From contig NC_092347.1 of assembly GCF_963676685.1 (NCBI RefSeq), positions 17,918,001 through 17,982,000 of the forward strand: a stretch of DNA of 64,000 nt, written 5' to 3'. This DNA is from Mytilus edulis. Lineage: Eukaryota. The position numbers and the translations under genes were made by a program. Positions 25,626 to 37,800 of this stretch are shown piece by piece (the stretch's first letter is position 1; every line of letters starts with the position of its first letter). The notes below the pieces were generated by a model. That model was not told the DNA's origin and did no database searches. It saw nothing but the letters and a program-made list of their open reading frames with translations.

Positions 25626-27108
25626 GGCTATTTTGTTGGGTTCAGCAAAATAGCCTCCTAGGTGCTATTTTCCCGGTTCAGGCAAAATAGTGATCTATAT
25701 TGAGTTTGGCTATTTTGCCGGTCCAAATTAAGATTTTCAGTATATAAGAATAGAAAAAATATAGAAAAATAAACTTTAATAAGAATATCTCTAAACAAGT
25801 ATGACTTCTTTATAACTTTAGACAGAACCTGCATATTAAAATTGATACTCTTTATGTATTAAGAAGTCTCTAAAACTATATGTATTTTTTAAAACACTTT
25901 TACAAAACATAAATATTAAAATTGATAGTTAAAAAAATATATAACAAGCATGCAAACCTATATAAAAAAATCGACATTCTAATTAAAACTTTAAAATAAA
26001 ATATCCTATAGGTTCTAAAACAATTCAACAAGCTCAAAATGTTTAACAAGTGTAACAAAACCATACGAAAGATGTTGCCACTGAAGACATAAACTGCACA
26101 TGACACTGGTTTCTTTTGCGTCTGCATTGCTTTTGCAAAAATTACAGATATATAAATTCAACTCAACTTTGACACAATAAATGCTGTTGATCGATTTCCA
26201 AGCATCTTCTGTGCAATATTTCTTTATTAATCTTATATTAACTAGTTTGTCTACACATGAAGTTGAAACCATTTCAGGGCAAGTTTCTACCTGTTCCTCT
26301 TTTATCACAAGACCGTCATCAACTGCTGACTTTGCTGTTTCTTTTCCAACAAACCATTCTAATATAATCACATCAGTCTCTTTAGACGCTTTTTGATCAA
26401 AAGTAATACATTTAGTGCCCACCTTTTGGGTAATCCTATTACAGTTTGTTGTAATTCCCTTTGGTCTGCCACGCTTTTTCATTGTAGGTGGTAAAACTAT
26501 ACTTGAAATCGTTTCAGCAGAGTTCAATGTTCAAATTGAATGTCATCTCTCGCTGATTCGATTTCACCACTTTCACTACATTGACTATCGGTTCTACTTT
26601 CCGCTTGTTCATTCAGATCTCAACTTCCCTTTGTGATTCCATTTGATCAGATGTTTCCACTTTAAGAAATTCCACCACTAAGCAATGCTTTCCATCATTC
26701 CAATGTTTTTATATATTTTGTAAAGTGAATGATTTTGTTTCAATAATTGTTTTCTGTATCTTCCGAAACCAAAGTTGCAATCTGCTGGGAAAGAAGCTGT
26801 GTTTGTCTGTATTTCTCACTTTGTGACAATTTATGGCTATGTTTTGGAGTGCTAATAATAGAAGATCATGATTTTAATTCTTCAGAGGGAAGCATATTGA
26901 CATTTAGCCCTATATCCAATTTGTATATAAATAATTTCATAGAAATATTTTTAATTTCAAATAGTCGGATTAAAAATCTGAAATAGGACCGGCAACATAG
27001 CAAAACTCTATATAGATCGCTATTTTGGCGGAGCTGACAAAATAGCCCCTAGGAGACTATTTTGCCGCAGCCGGCAAAATAGCCACTGCCGGCAAAACAG
27101 CCACTGCC
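25626..27108 (-). mobile_element. Internally deleted DNA transposon (MULE-like) with ~100-bp TIRs and a transposase C-terminal remnant
   Basis: 25626-25725 (ggctattttg...ctcctagg...gatctatat...ttgccggtcc) is the inverse of 26986-27085. The - strand ORF 26015-26527 has an AT-hook (KKRGRPKG) and a degenerate PHD-like finger (YICNFC...MCSLCLQWQH). Confidence 0.7.
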
Positions 27109-28685
27109 TTTTTAAAATACATTTTAATCAGTGTGTATAATATACCTGAAAACTTACTAAAAATGGACCAAAAATGTATTTGTATATATATTTCAGAATT
27201 ATCCTCCAATATCTAATTTCTTTAGTGTAATATGAAGTATGTGTAGGTTTCGGCATGGGAATTTTCCAGTCAGAAGACTAACTACAAATATGTAGATGTA
27301 CAAGTGTTATGTAACTTGAAGTAAAGGTATAGTTATTTTATGATTCATGAATCATTGTTATGTTGTTTATTTAAAAATGTCAGTCATTATTTAAAGAATT
27401 AATCTGCACTATAAATGAATTAAATGTAAAGGATGGGAAAATGCCATAATCAATATGAAATGTCAATTCTGAGCATCTGATTATTGAACCATAGTAAGGT
27501 AGACTAAGAGAACAAGATAATTGTAAAGATTTGTCTTATAAATAGTAAAGGCTGTCCCAGGTTAGGGGCTGGTTCCAGGCTCACTAAAAAATTTTAACAC
27601 TGCCCATGTACCTGACCCAAATCATGAGCCTGTAATTCAAAGGTTGTCATTTTTATCTCACTCACGGTATATTTTCTGATAGTTTTGTACATGGCTGCTA
27701 GTTTTTTTAATTTGAATTCTATCAGATTAATCATTTTTGGGCTATTTATAGCTAACTAAATGGTATTGGTCTTGTCCATTGTTGAAGGTTGTTTATATCA
27801 AGGTTATTTTGGTCTATGTTGGATAGTTGTCTTATTGGCAATCAAACCACATCGTAGTGTTTTTAATACACATGTACCAGCTGGGAAACCATAAATACAT
27901 GATTTGTACTGACTAATTTTGTTAGATGATAATGTTGTAAAAGAGCAGAAATTACTGATTTGGTGTATAAATTTGGTTTGACTGCTACATACTCCCTCTT
28001 TAAAGCTGTTTATGATAGCATTGTTTCTAATTTGAAGGCTTACAATTGGAAAATATTGGTTGAAGTCTTGAAATACAGACGCATAAAGATTTGATTGGTT
28101 TTATTTTATGTCTAGAGATGACTTTTTTTGTTTATTTGGGAAACAACAAAACTGCATCCAAAATTTAATATTGCTGAGTTATCTCCCATTGTAAAAACTG
28201 ATTTGATTATGCTTGAAATCATTAGAAACACTCAAACAGTTTCTGACTGGATTCATTATTATTATATTGGTTTGTTGCTGATTTCATCAAGAGACATATT
28301 ACTTGAAATGTTATTTGCACATTGCTTTTTTGTAGGAATCAAGCATTTATGGTGTATTTTGAATGTATGGATGAAAATTTGTCCTTTTTCCAGAGTTTAT
28401 CAAATTGAAACATTTCAACAGTCAAGAACATTTTTCCAAAACCAATATGTCAAAAAATATATCTACTCTTAACACCATATTTCAAAAGGACAAAAAATAT
28501 TTATATGATAACAGAGACAAACTCTGATGAGGACACTCATCAAATTTCATGACTATCATTTTTCTCAATTATTTCTAGCCATCATTGCTAGTGTTTTTAT
28601 ATGTCTTTATAAAGAACATTTATTTGGCAATGAAATGTTCTGAAAATGTTTAATTGAAAGCATATTTTAAGGTGATCCTTGAAAG

Positions 28686-31600
28686 ATGGATGAAAACTCA
28701 GAAAAGACAAGGATTGTAGAGGTGTTGAGGTTATTATTCAGGTCATCAGAAGAGGAGGTTATAACCAAGCTTACAAACAACCTTGACCTGTTGGATGTAC
28801 AGTTTGGATATGGTAATAATAAATCTTTTATACATGTTTATTATGATGGAGCATTAGAAGTTGTTAGGGGGTAACAAAAATAAAATGTACTCCACAGTGC
28901 CATTGAAATTGGGGAAAAAACGGGCTAAAAGTGATAATTGATGCATTTCAGTTTAGTTTGACATTTGAGTGCTATAATCTACCTAATTCTTCCGCAATGG
29001 TGATAATAACTATTTTTTAAAACCTGAAGCACATAGGAAGAACTGTTTATAGCAGAACATGTAATACCTCATCTTTGAATATTGAAGATAAAATCTAAAA
29101 TTGTTTCAGTTAATTAATTTATTTTAGTTACTGATGGTTGTTTGACTGTTTTTGTCGAGCTTTCGACTTTAGTCGAAAAAGCGAGACTAAACGATCCTAC
29201 ATTTTGTCGTCGTCGGCGGCGTCCACAAATATTCACTCTGTAACCATACTGGATTTCTACCAAACTTGGACAGAAGCTTGTTTATGATCATAAGATAGTA
29301 TCCAGAAGTAAATTTTGTGAAAATAAAATTCCATTTTTTCCGTATTTTACTTATAAATGGATTTAGTATTTCTGTGGGAAAACATTACATTCACTCTGCG
29401 GTTAAAGTTATTAAAATTTTAAAAACTTAAAGTCTTTCTTAAACTATCCTGGATTTCTACCAAACTTGGACAGAAGCTTGTTTATGATCATTAGATAGTA
29501 TCCAGAAGTAAATTTTGTTAAACGATAAATCCATTTTTTCCGTATTTTACTTTAAATGGACTAGGAAACACACATTCACTCTGTGGTTAAATTTTTTAAA
29601 ATTTTGATAACTTTCTTATACTATTTTTAATTTGTACCAAACTTGGACAGAAGCTTGTTTATGATCAAAAGCTAGTATCTAGAAGGAAATTTTGTGAATA
29701 TTATGTACCTGTGTATCTGTATTTTACTTATAAATGGACTTAGTTATTCTTCCGGTTAACATTACATCCATATAGTTAAAGTTTTTAAAACATTTATTAG
29801 ATTCATAAGCTATCCTGGATTTTTTCAAAACTTGGACAGAAGCTTCTTACAATCAAAAGATAGTATCAAGCGGAATATTTTTATTGATTTTTTCCCTCAT
29901 TTTTGTTGAGCCTGCAATTTACAGCAAAAGTAGGCGAGACGCTGGGTTCCAACCTTACAAATTTTTTAATCAATGATACTTTCTGAAGAAACAGTTCATG
30001 AAAACTTTTTTCATGCTGTTTAAAAAACATATTCTTTAGGTTGATATTCTTGTGTAGTGTTGAAAATTTTATCCATAAACAATTTTTTTGTGATTTATTT
30101 TGTCATACAAATTAAATTTCACACATACTTTCTTTCAAACTTTTACTAATTATTTTTTAGTCAATCATAATATTTCAATTTTCCTGTAACTTTTCATAAA
30201 TGTTTTTTTTTATTATTTTTTAGAATATCTATCAGATTCACCCTGTGTATGTATGAAGATGTTAGAACAAGTCAAACATAATGGACATATATTTCATCCA
30301 GAAAAAGTTGTGGAATTTATACTTCACGGAAAATGTAGTCATGTGACAAACCAAAGTAATCCCAGATTTATTCGTCAAGCAAGGACAACATTCCTTATTG
30401 TATCTTGTATTTTACAAAAATTTGACATTATTAAATTCTTAACAGACAATGGTGTTTTATTAAATCAGAAGACATCATCTATGAGTCTCACTCCGCTTCA
30501 TGCCGCTATTTTAAGTAAAAACATGAACATTTTCAATTTTTTCCTATTATCAGGCGTTGATGTCAATGCTACCTGTACTCCATGTACGAATAAAGTTTCT
30601 AGTCTTATGTTAGCTGTATTAGAAGGTGCTGAAGATATGGTGGAAATTCTACTTGATCACCCCAATATAAACAAATCTTACATTAACACTCAAAGTAAAA
30701 CAGCTTTGTGTTGTGCTGCGGAAATTAACTCAGTACGACTTGTTGATAAGTTGATTAAAGCAGGACTAAAAGCTACGAACATGACAATTTGTAAAGCTGT
30801 ACAAACAAACAATGCTGAGTTGTTACAACTAGTGGTCAGTTCCAGACGATACTTTGTTCCACAGTTTCAAACATATGCTTTACATACTGCTGTCAAGCTA
30901 AGTAAGTTGTTTACTAGGTATTGTCAAATACTGTGGATTCATTAATATTTGTCGGATACTAATTTCTCTTGGATTAAGTGGGTACAGAGGTACATGTACC
31001 ACAAATTTAAATGTTCAATGAAATACAAATTGTTGAAAGGAACTTATACAGACTTTGCCAAAACAACAAAATTAAATATCCACGAAAATGCAAATTTTCC
31101 TCTATCAACGTAAAATTTCTCTCCCATAGACTCAATGTAAACAAAAGGGGAAAACAAAACAAAAATTCCCTACCTACTTACCCTATTTTTTTTCAAGGAT
31201 GTAATAGGAAACACTCATATTGTTTTATTTGGCCTGAGTGAGATAAATCTGTAATTATTATACATCTGTTTCAGGTAACAAAAAGATGCTGAAGCTTCTT
31301 CTTGATAGAGGTTTTCATTTCAATCATGGGACAGACAAACTATATGATCAGGAATCTTTACATTTGGCTGTTCTTCGTAACGATGAAGATATGGTTAAAA
31401 TTCTGCTGAATCATCAAATAAAACTTGACAATGAACTAAATGGCTATACAGCTTTGGATTGGGCAGAATTGATGGATTATGATGGTATTATTGAAATGAT
31501 CAAAAACGAATACAGGCTGAGATGTATAAAGCCACAAGATAAGAAAGACAGGAAGTGTATTATTGATGCACTCTTTGAAAGAGATGGAATAAACAGATCT

Positions 31601-32290
31601 AGTGTTATCAGAAAATTGGCGTCAAAAGGGTTTGATATCAACAGTCACAGTAACGAAGGTCTAACAATGCTGCATGAAGCTGTGTTTGATCACGATTCTG
31701 ATTCACTAAAGGTACTCCTAGAACTGGGAGCAAATCCAGATATAAATTCTACATCTTTACCAAATAGAACACCATTGTATGATGCTGTTTCAAATGGAAA
31801 CATCATGGCAGCAAGATTGCTTTTAGATGCTAATGCCTCCATGGATTTTATTGTAAAATATGAAGAGAATGTTATAGGAAATGACATTAATGACGATGAT
31901 AATGGCTACATAGTACCTCCAGAAGAACTCCCGTTAGAACGATCTGTGTTATGTGCTGCAATCTGCAGAAATTTAACTGACATGGTCTGGTTGTTGTTGT
32001 CTTCAGGGTATAATATACAGCAAGAAAAAAAGACATCTTTACAGTGGATGATTGAGAAAAGTAAAAGTGATAATATTCGACAATGGTTATCATGTAATGT
32101 AGAAAGTCCTCAAAATCTCTTGATTTGTTGTAGAGACTATATCAGAAAACTGTACAAATATGATTTGAAATTGTTTGTTGAAAATCAGTGTATACCACAG
32201 CATTTAAAAGACAAACTTTTGTTAAAGGATATATTGTATAGAGATGTAAGAAGCTCACAGAGATTTTGCCACTGGAAAAATATTTATTAA
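28686..32290 (+). CDS. Ankyrin repeat and SOCS box protein (ASB-like), 3 coding exons, 606 aa
   Basis: Exons 28686-28812, 30224-30901 and 31275-32290, all with GT/AG borders and matching phase 1/1 (1821 nt). Ankyrin repeats include LTPLHAA, KTALCCAA, SLHLAV, GYTALDWA, GLTMLHEAV and RTPLYDAV. C-terminal SOCS box: PQNLLICCRDYIRK...IPQHLKDKLL. Confidence 0.9.
29149..29968 (+). mobile_element. HINE/Helentron-type non-autonomous element with ~180-bp internal tandem units, in ASB intron 1
   Basis: Starts tttttgtcgagctttcgactttagtcgaaa with a (GTC/GGC)n tract. ccaaacttggacagaagctt recurs four times, and the end is T-rich. Confidence 0.7.
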
Positions 32291-34803
32291 TGTTTAACAT
32301 GTACACATGATCAGGGACAAAAAGGTCCATTTATATCAGATGTATAAACTCTTGCTTCAGTACCTTTTTTAAAAGATCAGTTTGTATTCAGCTTCCACTT
32401 CACTAGTCAGTATAACAGCTTTTAGAGAAGATTATAATTTTAGACAATCAAAGTTTATAGAAATCTGTTTACTATTTTTGTTCTTTTAAATGTCCTTTAA
32501 TATGGCAGGTGAATTTAGGTTTACAATTAAATTTTGTTTTTGTGTTTACTTGAAAGTTCATTTCACAGAGATCAGTATTGTCACACCACTAATATTTAAC
32601 CGCTAAACTCTGTATCTGTTGAAATTCTTATCAACCCAGTTCTAAGATGATATTTTTAGTATATTTCCATTTTAAGGTTGATTTTTACAGACTATATTCA
32701 CAATGTAAAGGAGTTTGTGTTCCATAAATTACTTTAAATCATTGTTTGATATTTACTGGTACTTGGAATTTCTCAAAATAACATGCCAGATGTCTCAAGT
32801 GAACTGTTTACTTATCCCTAACCCCAATTGAGATTTTGTTGTCTTACTTAAAGAACGTTTTCAATATCAACCAGTATTGAAATCATGAAGTTAAGTATTT
32901 TTTTTTGCTAATTTTTAAATATGTTTCAGCCCATTCATCTAAAATGGGCCAATTGCATTTATAACTTTATTTGCATACACCAAACTCGTAATAATGCTCA
33001 TAAAGAATGCAATCAAAATGTTGATAATAAGGATTCATTTTGACCTAATTTGATCTAAGTATATAGGAGTTGCAATGTTTAAATTCCTGTTTAAACCATC
33101 AGATGAAGCATTTATGAATAAAAAAAATACACCAGGTATTTATTCATAACCTTTTCAGAACATGCATTTATGTCAGGAATTCATATATTCCTTTCATATA
33201 CTGGTAACTATTTTTAGAATGACATTGTTTACATACAATATGTTTTGTTTAATCTTTTGTTATTTTTTTTAATACCATACATGTATTTTCTTTTACATGA
33301 TTTTATATAGTTATCTAGAATGAAGTTTTTGAATTTATTATTATATGATCTTTACATGTGTGTCTTTTCTATCATTTGCATTTTTGCCATCTTTGTCTCA
33401 CCTTAACAAAGTTACGAAGGCAATGCTGAGATGTTTTATTTCCAGCAGCATCAACACATTGGTACAGTCATGACAGTTTATGGGATGCACTAATGCTAAT
33501 TCAACAATAATTGGTATTTAGTTGTATATGTATTGGCAAATCTCATTTTAATGAAGACTATTGACCTTGAATATTTTACATAGTTCATGTAGTTTACATG
33601 TTAGAAGGTTTGGTCATTTGCTTAATTAAGATGACCCACTTATTGTAAGACAATGATATTACCAATGATTACCATATCATTATTTCAAGAAGTTTGTTTG
33701 GCTGTGAACTTTCATTCGTGGTGTATTGGAATTGGCTTTGAATCTTTTGCATACTTTTACAAGTTTGCCGGTAAGTTTTGACAATTTAAATTTCAACATT
33801 TGCACTATCAAAGTTTCATACAGGAAAAAGATGTCTCTGTGTGAACAGTTTATAGCAGTTTATAGAGAAAACAGAGTTTGAAGAAATCTCAAAAGAATCT
33901 TGGACCCAAAACCTAAAGTGTTGGTACTCAAATAATTTTTCAGGGTAATTGAAAGGCACAAGATACTGTCAATTCAGATTTTTTTGTGTACTTTTATTTT
34001 TGCAAATTTCAAAGAAGTGATAAAGATGTGAGATGGCTTATTGTGGTTTAATTAAGTATTATAATTTTGCATACAAATAGTGCCATCAAATTTCAAAATG
34101 AGAGTTTTTATTATCAGCCACCTATTCTGACACAATTTTTCTGGATTTACAGTGCTTATAATGCCTTCATTTGATTTTTGTATATCTTTACTTTGCTTTG
34201 CATAATACCTTTTTATGTTTACTCTGTCAGTGTACTGATTAATATTAGTAAATGTTTTGTGTGATACTGGTGAAAGTATTTGTTATTTTGATATTTTTTC
34301 TATAGATTTACTATGCAAGAATGTTAAAGAAGTTGACTGGTAAAATAAATACTTTAGAAACTCTGTAAAGTGTTAGGTTTTTTTTTTGGAAATCACATCA
34401 ATAAGATTAACCTCAACACTACATTCTACACAATGACCCATTGTCATATTTTTCTGTCATGATTATTAGAAAACTAAATTGTGGATTAAAGCTTAAAGTC
34501 CCAACCTGTTTTCCTATAGGCAGTGACAATTCAACACTTCTTTTTTTTCATATCTTTTAATTGTCTTTTAACATCTGTACAATAATTTTGTATACATGAA
34601 TAAGTTTGTATTCTACATTTCTTATCTTTACATGTCAGCCAATGCAGTCATTATGCCCTCTGTTTTTGAAGTACAGCACTTTGTGATATGTTTATTTGTA
34701 TCATTTGTCCTCGACTCAACCAGTGTGGCTAAACTTGCCATGTAACCCAATGGTAACCTTACATGTAACTGCTGTTGTCTATTATGAATTAATTGTATCT
34801 TTA

Positions 34804-37800
34804 TTATGTGATAGTTTCTTGACACAAAAAAACTGGTGCATCCATTCCACTTGTCCAAACAACATAAGGAAATCCATTAAATGTCTTATCTTTTTCTAGA
34901 GGATCTTTCCAGCTTGCAACAGTAGTACCTGCACCATACTCACCCTGTAAAATCAGAAATAAAGTGGGGGAAATTCAAAAGTAATTCAAATTATGTCCAA
35001 TATTTTTGGCCTTGGAAAGTTGCATCAAGGAGGTTCAATATATACAAGATCAAATAACCACCTTGGTAGCATATACTGAACTGAGAAATGTAACAATTAT
35101 ATTGATTTCAAGAAACTGCAATATTCAATCAGAATTCCAATTATTTTAACGTTATATAATACAATATTTTGATGAATTTGTTTTTATCTGATATTTAAAC
35201 ATTTCAACAATTTAAGATCAGCTTAGGAATAATACTGTTACATCATAGCTCTACTGTTTCATGGTTTATGTATACATGTTTAAAACTGATAAAAAATACC
35301 TTCATGTTAACTGCTATTATAGAAATTTCAAAATAATCAGTGCATCTATCTTTCATATCACTGATGACAATATTACATGCTTCTTTAGGTTCCTTTCCCT
35401 AAAATAATAAAAAGTGTCAATTAATTTAAACTGTAATATATATCCACAAATTAAAACAGAATATTTAAAAAAGCAATTATGGCAAGCCCATACAGATAAC
35501 TGAATTTATCAAGAAAGTTTAAGCTTAAAAATCACATATTCTCTTAGTCAATAAACTAATGACTTCAGATGACTACCTATTTGAGTAACAGAAACTCACC
35601 TCATGAAATGTTTGACATAGCTTGAGAAAAAGATATTCATCACCACTACAACATGCTGCACCACAAACCTGTTTGTGTAACAGAACCACATGGTATGCTA
35701 GACAGAACTTTAGAATGAAATCTCCATCGCCACTACAACATGCTGCACCACCTTACTGTTTGAGTAACAGAACCACGTGGAATGCTGGACAGAACTTTAG
35801 AATGAAATCTCTATCATCACTACTACATGCTGCTGCGCACCATCAAGTTGAACCCGTTTGAGAAACTGACCCACGTGGAATGCTAGACAAACTTTAGAAT
35901 GAAATCTCCATCGCCACTACAACATGCTGCACCACCTATAGCTACCTGTTAAAGTAACTGACCCACGTGGAATGCTGGACAGAACTTTAGAATGAAATCT
36001 CCATCGCCACTACTACATGCTGCAACCTACCTGTTTAAGTAACTGAACTACGTGGAATGCTAGACAGAACTTTAGAATGAAATCTCCATCGCCACTACAA
36101 CATGCTGCACCACCTACCTGTTTGAGTAATTAAACCACGTGGAATGCTGAACTGAACTTTAGAATGAAATCTCCATCACCACTACAACATGCTGCACCAC
36201 CTACCTGTTTGAGTAACAGAACCACGAGGAATGCTGGACAGAACTTTAGAATGAAATCTCCATCGCCACTACAACATGCTGCACCACCTACCTGTTTGAG
36301 CAACAGAACCACGTGGAATGCTGGACAGAACTTTAGAATGAAATCTCCATCGCCAATACAACATGCTGCACCACCTACCTGTTTGAGTAACAGAACCACG
36401 TGGAATGCTGGACAGAACTTTAGAATGAAATCTTTATCATCACTACTACATGCTGCACCACCAACCCGTTTGAGTAACTGAACCACGTGGAATGATGGAC
36501 AGAACTTTAGAATAAAATCTCCATCGCCACTACAACATGCTGCTCCACCTACCCGTTTGAGTAACAGAACCACGTGGAATGCTGGACAGAACTTTAGATG
36601 AAATCTTCATCGCCACTACAACATGCTGCACCAACTACCTATTTAATTAACTGACCCACGTGGAATGCTAGACAGAACTTTAGAATCAAATCTCCATCGC
36701 CACTACAACATGCTGCACCACTTACCTGGTTGAGTAACTGAACCTCATGGAATGCTGGACAGAACTTTAGAATGAAATCTCAATCACCACGACAATATGC
36801 TGCACCACCTACCTGTTTGAGTAACAGAACCACGTGGAATGCTGGACAGAACTTTAGAATGAAATCTCTATCGCCACTACAACATGCTGCACCACCTACC
36901 TGTTTGAGTAACTGAACCACGTGGAATGCTGGACAGAACTTTAGAATGATATCTCTATCGCCACTACAACATGATGCACCCACCTATTTAAGTAACTGAC
37001 CCACGTGGAATGCTGGACAGAACTTTAGAATGAAATCTCCATCATCACTACTACATGCTACACCACCAACCTGTTTGAGTAACTGAACCCCGTGGAATGC
37101 TGGACAGAACTTGAGAATGAAATCTCCATCGCCATTACATCATGCTGCACTACCTACCTGTTTGAGTAACTGAACCACGTGGAATGTTGGACAGAACTTG
37201 AGAATGAAATCTCCATCGCCACTACATCATGCTGCACCACCTACTTGTTTGAGTAACAGAACCACGTGGAATGCTGGACAGAAATTTAGAATGAAATCTC
37301 CATCGCCACTACAACATGCTGCTCCACGGTCACCTACCTGTTTTAGTGACAGAACCACGTGGAATGCAGGACAGAACTTTAGAATAAAATCCCCATCACC
37401 ACTACAAAATGCTGCACCAACTACCTGTTTGAGTAACAGAACCACGTGGAATGATGGACAGAATTTTATAATGAAATCACCATCACCACTACAACATGCT
37501 GCTCCACCTACCTGTTTTAGTGACAACCACGTGGAATGCTGGACAGAACTTAAGAATGAAATCACCATCACCACTACAAAATGCTGCACCAACTACCTGT
37601 TAGAGTAACAGAACCACGTGGAATGATCGACAGAACTTTACAATGAAATCACCATCACCACTACAACATGCTGCTTCACGTACCTGTTTTAGTGATAGAA
37701 CCACGTGGAATTCTGGACAGAACTTAAGAATGAAATCACCATCACCACTACAAAATGCTGCGCCAGCTACCTGTTTGAGTGAGAGAACCACGTGGAATGA

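Noticed and set aside
30902-30945. C-terminal tail of the 230-aa ORF treated as a separate gene
   Set aside because: A GTAAGT donor at 30902 joins in phase to 31275, making a single ankyrin/SOCS protein.
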